A stretch of DNA of 64,000 nt, from the NCBI GenBank assembly GCA_001938485.1, contig MQRK01226294.1, forward strand, positions 8,584-72,583, written 5' to 3'. Source of the stretch: Girardia tigrina. Taxonomy: Eukaryota. Shown here in pieces: positions 1 to 13,600 of this stretch. Position 1 is the first letter of the stretch. Each line of letters opens with the position of its first letter. The notes under the pieces are model-generated. The model was not told the origin of the DNA. It saw only the letters and a list, made by a program, of their open reading frames with translations, and made no database searches. The translations under genes were made by a program, and so were the position numbers.

Positions 1-1442
1 ATATATCTGTCAAGAAATACCTTATTTATTTTCATACGATAGTTCAAAGTTAAGTTATACGCGATTGAAATGTAAGGTGTGAAGTTTGACCCGTTTCATA
101 TCGAACAACCTAATAACTGAATGTGGATATTAAGCAGTGTGACATTAAACGGATTCAACTGTAAGTAGAAACTGATAAAATAACATAAAGGAATTTCTAG
201 AATTAATTATTTCCATTCTTTTTAATAGTTTACTTTCTATATAGGTATATATAGATATCCATGGAGTTTAGAAACCTATTTTTGAAGGCTTTTTACTCAA
301 TCGATTTTTTTCAAACTTGGCACACTTACCCATTCTTGATGACAATAAATGATTATGTGAAAATTTGATCAAAAATTTTTTTTAAACCTTGGACTACCGA
401 ACTATTTCTTTACTCATATTAACACTAGATTTAGAGACTGAGCCAATTTGACTAATTTAAAATTATATTGCTATATATATTAAAAAATTTAAATATCATT
501 TTTTTATTACACATGATGGTTTTTAGTTACGTAATGAAGTATAGGCTACTCCACTATTCAGATTCCCTCATTTTGTATATTTGAATGTGGTTTACATATT
601 TCTACGGCCATGATATCGCTTGTAGTATGAGTCAAATTGAAAAAATAGATATATAATCAACCATCGTAAAACTAGTGTTACATTAAAATGAGATGGTCCT
701 AGCACAAAAGTAAACTCGCAACTGACAAATTTTCAGATAGTGTGTGTAGATGGTGCGCAAGAGTGCATTCACTATATACAACTGGGATACAAATAACCGA
801 TTTCGCATACTAATTTATCTCTGTAGAATTTTTTTTAATTCCTTGCGACGTACTGTCCCAACGGTAGTTAGTGTTAAGGTCCCAAAATGGGAAAAAACGG
901 AAAATTCGGAGTTCCAATACATTATTAATTGAAAAATATCTACTTATAAATTAAGAGTAGTTTATATTAATTTTTTATTGTTTCTTTAATCAAAACTTTG
1001 TTGACAAAATAAAGTTCTGCCTGCATAAAGAATGGATATAAAAATTATTTTTTGATTTATTAGTTATAAGAAAAAAAATGTATTTTGTATGAAAACATTT
1101 ACGAAAACTTTATTGATAAATTTTCATTATTTTAAAGCTAAAAGTGAAAAAAAAATATTTCAAAGTTCGTAATCCAAACACTTAAAAATTATCTAAAATA
1201 AAACTAATCATAAATATAATATAAAACTAATTCCAAACATAGTCAAGCACAAGCACAATCTAAAGCATACAATAAACTGTCACGAAAATGTATTATGAAT
1301 ATAAAGTCAGCAAAAGTTATTACTTGAATTCATGATTGACATCGAAAAAGAAGTCCCAACAGCCAAATTTATAAAGATGCTCCATAAAAATACAAATATT
1401 AAAAAGCGAAAATTCCAATTATTTTTTAAGTAGGTTTAACTT

Positions 1443-1615
1443 TTAATACGAAAATTGTAAATTTTTGCTGTATCCAAGTTTTTCCAGATTGGGGATACAG
1501 GCGAAATTAATCATCGGTGGAGGACCGCACATAAACACCATTGTATCATCAGATGGTTTAAACATGTGTTCCTTAATCATTACGTCTGACACAAAGCCTT
1601 CACTGTATTGCCAGC
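1443..1615 (-). CDS. CYB5R3: Cytochrome b5 reductase exon 8 (terminal)
   Basis: [57 protein letters not shown], with TAA at 1445-1443. Confidence 0.93.
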
Positions 1616-4600
1616 CTTCATAACAATTGCATTTTGTAAATCGATTTCTTAAATATCTTAAGTATAACTTACCATCGGTTGCTTTATCAACAGTGTACCA
1701 TAATTTAAATCGCTTTGGATGTTTATCACGAAATTCTTCTAATTCGTCTCGAAGTAAAATATCTTTTTCCGTCTGTTAAACGTAATTTTTTAATTGATTT
1801 TCACGTGTAGGTTTTTTTAATTACAAAAACTTTGCAAAAATATGAATGTCAAAAATCAAAAGAAATATGTAAATTGATGATTAAAAATTGATAAGCAAAT
1901 TGATGATTATGCAAACATCTTGCGCAATAACTAATTAAATATTTTCAACAAATTGGAAGAGAGACTTGTTTGGACATTAATGGACGGATTAAGTGATTTA
2001 ATCAATAATGCCTCACAAGTAACTCTTTCCCAATAATTTTTAAAATTACTGCACAATATTTTAAAATTAGTTGTTTGAAGTTTAGATATACAGGGCGAAC
2101 TAAAAGAAAGGGTACCGTTAACAGATAAACATTTTTCATTTATTAGAGATTTATTTACCTATCAAACGTTTTACATTCGACATTTAATCAGTTCAATCAA
2201 TCATTTAATCACTTGATTTTCTTTATTTTCATAATTTTTAATATAATATAGATTAATACTAAGACTAAAAATAAATTAATAAGAAATATTAAAATAATTG
2301 CAAAATTAAAATAAAATAATATTTTTATGTGATTTTTTATTATTTTCAATGATTTTTTTATTTTGTACAATATTTTTTAAATATAAAATATTAAACTTCA
2401 ATCTATCAGAAAAAGAAAAATTAAATAATATTGGGTTGTTGCATAAGTTCCCGCCGTTACATGAAACTATTTGTTCTACAAAGACTTTGATGTTTGGCGA
2501 AGTATTATATACCATTAGAAAGCCCGTGCTATGCTCTACAAGATTAAAGTAATCGTTTTTGCCTATATTATTTTTTTGTTTTTTTAGAACCGTCACATGG
2601 ATTGTCAAGTCGACAAAATATCGCATTTTCGACACCTTCTTTTCACCTTTAATCGAGGTCAAAAAGCGAGTGATATTTGTACCGTGTATGAAGAGAACGC
2701 TATAGCTGAGAGAACTGCTCGGGATTGGTTTGCCAGATTCAAACACGATAATTTTGACCTCAACGACTCTAATCGTTCCGGAAGATCAGTCGAGATGGAC
2801 GAGGGCCAACTCGGGGATCTTTTGAAGGAAGATGGCCGCCAGATATGCAGAGAATTGACCGAAAAGATAAATTGTTATTTTGCAACAATTTCACGCCATC
2901 TTGAGTCGATGGATTTCACTCAAAAGCTTGGAGCTTGGGTTCCGCACGAACTCATCTAAAAACAAAAGGATAAGCGGCTTTCCATTGCGCTCAAAATCTC
3001 GCTCGACACCAAGGAACCCATGGCCACAGGCAACGTTTCTTATACAGAATCGTCCCTGGAGACTAGAAATGGTGTCTCTATGTGAATATGAAGCAAAGGA
3101 AAGAGTGGGTGAGTCCTGGAGAGAAGCCTAAGCCCAGGATCAAGAAAGACCTGCACCCGATGAAGACAATGATTTGCGTATGGTGGGATTGGGAAGGTCT
3201 AATCCACTGGGAAATGCTTGGAAAGAACATGACAGTAGAAAAGAATCTCTATAAAGACCAATTGCATCGAGTCAATGAGGCAATTCAACAAAAAAGACCG
3301 GATCGACAAGGCCAGGTGATCCTCCTCCATGACAATGCTCGACCACAAACCGCAAAGACTGTCAAGATGGCACTTCAAGAGCTCCTTCAACATCATCCCT
3401 ATTCCCCAGACCTCGCCCCGACGGATTACCATCTCTTCTGCTGCCTTTCAAATGAAATGAGGAGTCTTAGCTTCGAAAATCAGGATCATCTTGAGAATTG
3501 GCTCAACAACTTCTTCGACACTCGACCTAAGGATTTCTGGCGAAATAGAATCAACAAACTGGTGGAAAGATGGGAAGAAGTAGTGAACAATGAAGGAGAG
3601 TACATAATTGATTGAAGTGTTATTATTTTTGCTGTTAAAATTTTATGATTTCATTAAATATATAATTAACTGAGTCATTATTTTCGTTGTTAAAATTCTT
3701 TGATTTCTTTGAAAATAAATGTTTAAAAAACGGCGGGAACTTACACAACAACCCAATACATTAAATGCCGACAAATCAGCTTTGCTCAGAATCTAAGTTT
3801 CATAAATATGATTCTGTCTAAGGATTATTTGAATGACAGTGAGAAGAATTCTGCACACTGATTTGAAGTTCCATCCATACAATTAATAAATCAAAGCTTT
3901 CTCGAGAAATAAATTTTTAAATAATATTATTAATAAAAAAAATTTTATAAAAACAACCACGTTTTTCAAGCATTACCAATGCACTAAAAAGAGGAAAATA
4001 ATTTTTTTCTAGACATGTGAGAAATTTTATACCTANNNNNNNNNNNNNNNNNNNNNNNNNNNNNNNNNNNNNNNNNNNNNNNNNNNNNNNNNNNNNNNNN
4101 NNNNNNNNNNNNNNNNNNNNNNNNNNNNNNNNNNNNNNNNNNNNNNNNNNNNNNNNNNNNNNNNNNNNNNNNNNNNNNNNNNNNNNNNNCGTTTTTGGTT
4201 AGGTATAAAATTTCTCACATGTCTAGAAAAAAATTATTTTCCTCTTTTTAGTGCATTGGTAATGCTTGAAAAACGTGGTTGTTTTTATAAAATTTTTTTT
4301 TATTAATAGTATTATTTAACTATTTTTAGTTATCATTTAGGAATTTTTTTTTCAAAATTTTTTTTATCAAATTGTATTGTCATCGGAAGCAAGCCTGTAT
4401 AAAACTTCATTCATGAAAATAAACGAAAAGATTGCTATTTAATACAGTGTATAAATTTGTAGATAATCGTAAGTTGTTTTTTGCAAAAAAATTAGAAAAA
4501 ATTATTTTTTTTCAAAATTTTTTTTATCAAATTGTATTGTCATCGGAAGCAAGCCTGTATAAAAAAATTCAGCTGAATAGGATGACTGAAAGTGGTCGAA

Positions 4601-7600
4601 AAATCAATCGCAAGATTTGTTCCAGACAAACAGACAAGAAAGCAAGCTAATAAAAACGTGGTAAAAAAATATAATAAAGATATCTTTATCCCATTTGATC
4701 TTAAAATTAAATAAATCAATTTCATTCTCATTAACAAATAATCTAGCAGTTAATAGATCTATCGATCGCCACTTTTTTAACGCATCATATTTATCTCCCT
4801 CCATACCAAGCGCCTACTAAACAACACACTGTTCATATTATAGGAAGATTCTTTAATGCAATTTCAGTGACACTGCATGGTGCATCATGTTTTGTCTTTT
4901 CTAATGCAGAAAACGGATAATGCTTCTAAATTCGACATTTTGAAAATCCGAAAAACTTTGTAAAAATAAGTATTCTTAAAGGTAAACGAATTGGATATTA
5001 TTTAGTATATAAGGACTGAGTGCGAAAAATATTACTAACTTTAAAATCCTCTATCTTCAAAACCATATTTTTGATTGATAAAATACCGACTGTTTTGAAA
5101 AATGCGTTTAATTCAAAATAATTTTAGTAAGCTAAGAAAGATTATTTTTCTTAATAAATTCTGCGAGCTTTTCCGGAACGCCTGCCATTAGACTTGCAAT
5201 TGTATTTTCTGTCACATTTTTGGCTGCATTATTCCACTTATTCCGAAAATCTGCAATTATCTGTGCCCTCTTGTTTGTCGTTTTCAATTGCCTTTTTACC
5301 AGGGCTCAATATCTTTAGATTGGGCGAAGCTCTGGACAATTTGGTGGGTTTGCCTCTCTTTGCACCAAATCGATGTTATTGTCTTCGTACCACTTCTTGG
5401 TTGCTTTACCATAGTGGCACGATGCCAATTGCGGCCAAAAGAAAGTAAGACCTCCATGTTGACTTATGAATGGTTGTACACGCTTTTTCAAGCACTCCTT
5501 CACATATACTTCTGTGCTTATTGTGCCAGATGTGATAAAGCATTTACTCCTTTTCCGGCATCCACATATAGCCTGCCAAACAAGAAATTTTTTGGGAATC
5601 TTAGAGTTTTTTCTTGATACTAAATTTTTCTTCAACTCCTCCTCTCTTAGTTGCAGAGTAAAATTCTTGTCTGGGTAGCTGGGAATACTCGCAGACTCAC
5701 CATCCACAATACAACATTTTTTCTTCGCAAGAAAACCAGATTTCAACTTTCTGGCTTGCTGCTGCGCCTTAACGTTCTTGCTAGCATTCCGGTCTGGTAC
5801 TGTTTGAACTTTATACGTTTTTAAACCCACAGACTGTTTAATTTTCCGAACTGTTTTCTCGCTACAATTTGCGTTTAACGCAAGTTTTCGATTTGATAGA
5901 CGAGGATTTCTCTCTAACAGAGCCTTTACTTTCTTCACATTCTGTGTACACGAAAAACCCTTTATTCTTTCCGAACCAATTTTTCTAAAAACGTTCAAGT
6001 TCTCATTGAAGTTTTTAATAACGTTAGAAACTGTTTTCTGACAAACCTTTGCCTTTTTGGCAATTGTTTTCTGACTTGATTGTAGATCTTCTTGAAATAA
6101 ACGAATAATTAATTTGCGACTTCCTGTGTCTGACGACATATTCATGAAAAATGAATTTTATTGTGATTTATTCCAACAACAGCCTACTTGATTAGTTGTT
6201 TGTAATTTGAGAATTTATGTTGGAGTTATAGAGATTTAAAGTTAGTAATATTTTTCGCACTCAGTCCTTATATGAAAAATTTTCATTTTAATATGAAAAT
6301 TTCTCAATTAAAAATGAAATAATATGTTTTTAATATGAGAAAATCTCAATTTATATCTCAAAATAGACTTCACATGTAAATTTTTATTCATAGTTATTAA
6401 AACTTCTTCTTTGATGGCAAGCTGAATTGTAAACGTTTGTATTTTAAAAAAAATAATTTTTCATATTAAATTGATATTTTTTATATTATTAGGTGTATAA
6501 CTTAGTTTTTTGAATTTTTTTTGCAGAACAGACAAGTTTATTTATATGACATAATAAGTTTTATTCTAATCAAAATATTTCCCATCGTTAATTATGACTT
6601 TCGACCATCTTTCAGGCAAATTATGAATTCCATCGACAAAAAAGTTTTGGTCTTTTGATGCGATCCATTGTTCCAGCCATTTTATATATTTTCCTGGTTT
6701 CTGAAGTGCTGGTCCCGAAGAGCGCTTTGCATTGATCGGAACAGATGATAATCTGATGGGGCACAATCTGGTGAATAGGCAGCATGCGATAGAATTTCCT
6801 ATTTAAGTGCTTCCAACGTGTTTTTTACTTGTTTTGCGACATGTGGCCGAGCATTGTCATGGAGCAAAATCACTGTGCGCAGTTTGTTGGCTGGAATAGG
6901 ACGTTTTTCCTTCAATGCATCGTTCAATTTCATTAACTGTTGTTGGTAACGTTCTGCATTAACAGTTTCATTCGAATTCAGCAGCTCATAGTACAGTACA
7001 NNNNNNNNNNNNNNNNNNNNNNNNNNNNNNNNNNNNNNNNNNNNNNNNNNNNNNNNNNNNNNNNNNNNNNNNNNNNNNNNNNNNNNNNNNNNNNNNNNNN
7101 NNNNNNNNNNNNNNNNNNNNNNNNNNNNNNNNNNNNNNNNNNNNNNNNNNNNNNNNNTTCGTTGTCTTGTAAGCAATGAATTGAATATCAGTAATCGACT
7201 TTCAATGTTGGCTTGATTCAATTCATGTGGTATCCATTTTCCTTCTTTTTGAATCATTTTCATAGCATGCAGACGTGTACTTATGGATGCTTGAGTAACA
7301 TTTAACTGTTTTGCAAGCTCTTTCTCTGTTTGAGTAGAATCTTCCTTCAGTAATGATTCCAAATCTTCATCTTCGAATCTTTTTGGTTGACCGGAACGCT
7401 CTTTGTCACTTACGTCGAAATCTCCACTTTTGAAACGTTTATACCAGTTCTCGCAAGTCTGTTGAGTTAGTGCATGTTGACCTTAAGTTTCTTCAAGAAA
7501 CCGAAAACTGTCTGCAGCTTTTTTCTTTTGATTAAAGCAAAACAGAAGTGCTTCCCGCAAATGGTGTTTTGTTGATATGAAAGTTGTCATGCTAAAACGT

Positions 7601-10600
7601 GATTAAAAATATGTTTATGACGCATTTAAGGTCAATGACCTACTTAATTCTAATGCCTCGATTTCAGCACTTTAAAAATATGTACGTACGTCTGTAAAAT
7701 AATGCTTATTACAAAGGTTACATCATCTCTTAGAAAATCCAAAAAACTAAGTTATACACCTAATAAATACAAATTTTTTTTATTTTTAATTGAGAAATTT
7801 ATTAATGAATTAATAAATTTTCTTAAAAAAAATTACCAAGTTCGTGAATTAAACAATTACACGAATTCGGTATAACACATATTGTTTTATATCAAAAATT
7901 TTATCAATTTAATAATTTTATTCTCATAAGAGTATCAGAACTATTTATACAGACAACTTAATGGAAAGTGATTTGATAAGAATTTCTCGACAAGTGTTTT
8001 ATCGTTTCAAATTTTTCTTCATAGATTTCAGGTACCACAATTGTAAAAAGTGCTCAAAAACTGTGTGAAAGTGACTGAAAGGTTCGCTAGCGAAGTTGTA
8101 ACGATTTCTAACTAAATCGTTTCACAAAAAGGTTGTTCTTCCGTCTCTCTGGTTACAAGAATAAACAAAATTTTCATTGTTTATTGAAAATAACCTGAGA
8201 TAAATTCATGAGAGAATTATAGGACGTTATTCTAAAAAAGATGTGCAAAAATGATTCTCTGAATGATGGAAATTTTCCTAAATCATCTGCGGCAATGTCT
8301 CAAGATTGGAAGCAACTTTCTAGAGAATGTAATTTAGTAAAGCTAAATTAAAAATCGGTATCATTTTATTTAAACCAAAATAAAATTAATTTTAAATCTA
8401 AAAATTGAGTTATTTCTGCAAGACGCTGTACAAAGACATCATAATATTTGGTCACTCGAAATATTAGCAGAAATCATTAGCAAATAATATTAATTGATAA
8501 AAATAAAATATTTTATCGTAGTTTCATTTTCTTAGATTTCAATGTAAAAGTGAAAATAAATTATGATTCAACAGACAGGTTCATATATCAACCTGAACAA
8601 ATGAAAAAATAAAGAGGAACAGAAAAAAAAGATTACAAGTAAAAATTAGAAAATTTCATAAACTGACTTGATTGGCATAAAGAAGATTCAACTGAGTTGT
8701 ATCATTAGGATCTTCAAAAACATGCCTAATCAATTGCAGCATTGGTGTAATACCAGTACCACCGGCAATCATGTTTACTTTTTTAACATGATGAGATACA
8801 GGGCTGCTCTTTTTGTCTGGTCGTATTTCAAAAACACCTAAATACAATATAGATGAAGAGTAAGAAGTGTGTTTGACATTTGCTATAAACCTTTTCCTTT
8901 GTAAACTAATAATCCTGAAGGCCCTCTTACATCAATAAAATCTCCGACTTCCATATTTTCTAAAAATTGACTCATTTTTCCCCCATCGGGAAATTTTGGA
9001 TGTACATTTTTTCGATAAATCTAAAAAATGTCAAATGATATTTCATTTAATCATAAAATAAGACCCAAATTTATAATGAAAACAAATTAATGGTATGCAT
9101 TCCCAGACTAAAATATAATGACAGTAGACATATATCAGGCCCATGAGTATATTTCCTATTTTTCATAAGTCACATTATTGTTAAAACATTCAAAAATATA
9201 TACCCAACTCTTTTGACAAAGTATTTAATTAAATAATGATTTTTATCATTACTGTTGTATTCAAGAAACATGATTGGAAGGTCTGAAGGTTTGAAATATT
9301 TTGTCGTGATTGATCACTTAGTTTAGCTTAATATAATAATATTACTTTGACATAATAATTTTATGCTAAATCGAAAACGTGATTGTGAGAAATATTTGAA
9401 TTTGTTTAAATGTGTAAATGTATTGATGCGGTATGTTGATTTAAGTATGTTGAATTTAGAATGGTGATTCTCCCACAGAGATGGAAATTGGTATTTTTTA
9501 TTTAAATTTAAAGTGATTGACTATTCGAACACAATTAAAATTAAGTTTAATATTTTTTAGTAAAATTTAAATTAAATGCACTTTTAATAATTTGATGACA
9601 TTTTTATTATTTTAAGATTTATTGAAAAATGGTAAAAATTATTATTTTTTTAATTAATATTTTTAGAGGCTAAATATTTTAAAAAATAATTTAGAAAAAT
9701 TGTTCGAATAATCATGAGTAAAAATAGAAATAAGAAAACCAATTAGAAAGATGACAAACGATGAAATACTTTCTGAGTCATAATGACTCTAAATGTGATT
9801 GTAATAAACATTCAAACGAGACTTGTTTAAATGTTCTTAATAGTGATATTTATATAGGACTGTTTCAATTTTTAAACTGTTACATAGAAACTATGATCTA
9901 ACAGTGACGTAGTATGAAAATATATTAATTATATAAAATCTTATAGGTAGAGAGCAAGCTGATAAATGTTAATATTTGGTACTTTAACGACTTAACCGAA
10001 AATTTAATTAACTGGAGTAATAAAATAGAATTACAGAAAACATGTTGAGCTCAAATATTTCTCCGAAAAATAACTCATCGATTATGTAGATATTATATTA
10101 ATGAAACGAAATTATGAAATTACTAATGAGCATGATATTTAAAAACAATAGTTTAAAAGAAACGTTAAAAGCATCAGCATATATCGAAAGGCCGTTTATT
10201 TATTTAATCTGTTTTGGTTATTGACATTTATAATACCATCGGTTAGAGACAAAATAAATCGTGTTTAAACAAAAGCAGTAAATGATTGTTTTAAACACGA
10301 AACCAAATACATACAGAGTGTGATGACATAACTCTGAATAAGTGTTATAATCATAATCGTTCAAATTAGAAAATAGTTGTAGAATTCGGTGTCTATTACT
10401 ATGAACATGTGAAAATAAGACCAAGAAATCAATAATTTTATATTAACCGAGTAAGAATCGAAGCACGTTTTGATATTGCTAAAAACATTTCTATATAAAA
10501 ATTTTAAGAACTATAAAAATGATAAAAATTGACTTTAAAAATCTTTGATATTACAAAACACAGTTACGTAACCGACTGTTACTTCATGCTATCATTCAAC

Positions 10601-13600
10601 AAAGTGTCATTCGACACGTTTCTATTGTAATTTAGAAAATCTTCGTAAGATTAATATTGTGATAAATCAAAGGAATAAATAGAGATTACAGCAACCTTTA
10701 ACCGAAGTAATCGTAATAATGTATCTAGCAGTAAATGTAATAACTTTAACAGAACTAACAAAAAATCAAACATTTTATTAGGTAAATTCTAATTGAAATC
10801 TAATAATTATTTTATAATGAAAAATAATTAAATGGTTATAATTTATTTAAAATTTTTTCCGGTGTATTGCTATTAGAAATAATTAATTACGTTTCACAAT
10901 TGTATATGGAGATTTAAATGAATAAATTGTTGAATGAACAATTGTGAATATTCGTTATTCGGTCTATCGATCGTAATCGGCGCACATACCGTCCATTGAG
11001 AATATGAAATGCGAGCCAATCGATAGACAACAATTTATATGCATACCACTACTTAACCACATAAATGAGAAAATCAATAAAATTACTTAAATTTTATAGA
11101 AAGATAAAAAATCAATGAATTCACTTTTAGAAGAAAAAAATCTTACTTTAACAACCAAATCCATATGGCCTTTAATTTTATCATTAGTGACAGGCGTGTA
11201 TGGCCGGACGACGAGTTGCCCATCGATTTTGGTACTCAAATATATGTGTTGTCCTAAAAATATGGCCAGATATTATTTAGGGCATTACAATAGCGTAAAT
11301 TTATATTATATGTAATTATACTATTATTTAATATTACTTAAATTCGTGTATTTGTAGATTACTTGCATACTCTATTAGAACGTGATTATTTGATTAAATA
11401 AATTACTTGCAATTAATAGCTTATATCTTAAATATTTAATATTAAAAATTCACGAAAATTGCATAGTATTAACAATAGTTCTTACAATACTCAATGATAT
11501 TATTAAGTGATGCGGCATGAGTAGGAATGTCACCTCGTAATCTTTACAAGTATTTTTAGGCACTTCATTTACATGAATTATCAGTTTCATTTTATAACAT
11601 AAATATACCTTCTAATAGTTATGGTACCTTATTAAATTACGAAATTGTTGAAACATTTTGGTCAAGGTTTAGCTATTTTCTCTAGCAGTTGTTCGAAACA
11701 ATATTTAAGACAAACATCGAGTAAAAATGACTATTTTATCTCTATTTAAATAATTTATATAATAACAGCTCTTATTTAAATTTAGATTGAAAAATTCTAA
11801 CAAACATTACAAATCTATAATGTCAGTCGTGTCTTTAAAAGATAATAAAACATGAATTCATTATTTGGTATACGTTACTTGTGTTAAATCGAATTTGTGT
11901 AATTGTCGAATTAACGCAGGAAGCAAAAATATTTAAATAAAACATTTTAAAGCTTTTTCACAGTAAATTGTTTTAATTGAGATTTTTTTTATTTTTAATA
12001 TGAAAATCCCTTTATCAGAGAATAATGAATTCATTATTTGAAGATTTACTATTCTCTGCAGTAGTAATATACCTAGATGATGTCTTAATTTACTCAAAAT
12101 CAATGAAGGACCATATGAGACTATTAGAAGAAGTACTGAATAGACTGAAGAAAGCCGTTTTAAAAGTCAATCCAGGGAAATGCAAATTCGGATAATATAA
12201 CTTACTTTTAATATCAACAAGATTATTTTACATATTATGCTCCTGCACCGACAATATTATTTACCCAGTTTATGAGTTCAGCTTTATAATAATTCGGAAA
12301 TTTAAAAGTGAATGGAACACAGCAGTATTGTTTTAACCGTGTACCGTTTGGATTTTCAACAGCAACCGGAACGTTTCAGAGAATAATGAATTCATTATTT
12401 GAAGATTTACTATTCTCTGCAGTAGTAATATACCTAGATGATGTCTTAATTTACTCAAAATCAATGAAGGACCATATGAGACTATTAGAAGAAGTACTGA
12501 ATAGACTGAAGAAAGCCGTTTTAAAAGTCAATCCAGGGAAATGCAAATTCGGAGTGGGGGAGCTGATATTTCTGGGACATACAATTAACAAAGAAAGAAT
12601 CTCAACAAATAAATTGAAAGTGGCAGAAATTCAAAATTTTTCAATTGCAAAGTGTACTCGAAATTTACGAGCATTTTTAGGTCTGTGTAACTATTATCGA
12701 CGATTTATCAAGAATTACGCAGAATTAGCAGGACCTTTGCACAGTGCGTGTAGCGGAAAATGTAAAGAAATATTTTGTCAGACCAGTGCGACAGAAGTTT
12801 TAACGAATTGAAGCAAAAGGTATGTGGTGCATCAATATTAGCATTTGTGAACCCGAATAATAATTTCATCTTAGACACAGATGCATCATTTGGATCGATA
12901 GGAGCAGTTCTAAGTCAGATATCAGAAGAGAAAAAAGTAGTAATCGCGTAAGCATCGAGGACTTTAACCACACATAAAAAGGGTGCTGTGTAACAAGAAA
13001 GGAACTATTAGCTTTACAAGAGTTCATGTTACATTTCAAGCAATATTTATATGGTAAGCGATTTACAGCAAGAACTGATCATAAAGCACTGGTATATATG
13101 AAGAGTACTTCCAAACCAATAACTCTTGGTTTCGTTTACTCTTTTTTTCGTTAACTCTTGTCATCGTTAAGTTTCAAATTTGATAACCGATTTTTAACTT
13201 GAAATCGCAGTGTTTTTCGATCAGTTACATAGTTGTTGCAATTAATTACATTTTTGAAAAAATTGATACAAGATATGACTGGCTTAATGAAAAAGAAGTC
13301 TATTAAATCAACTATTCAAATAAATTAAAATAGCAAGAAGGACTATCTTAATGTCTTTTCATACATTCAATCTAACTTTAGTGAAAAATCTAGCATTTCT
13401 AACCAAATTTCTCTAGAAAATTATTTGGTTATCAATGACGAAGCTAAAGTCGAAGAAAGTGTAGCAGATGAAGATATCGTTCAAGCAATTCGAGATAATA
13501 GTATTCCCCTAGACAATAGTGAAAATGAAGAAGAACAATTACCACAGCATCCAGTTTGACTTACAAATGCTCTGCATAGTATTTCAACATTGTTATCATT

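Noticed and set aside
4017-4218. Paired MRNFIP ORFs on both strands
   Set aside because: Artefacts of the inverted repeat and the N gap.
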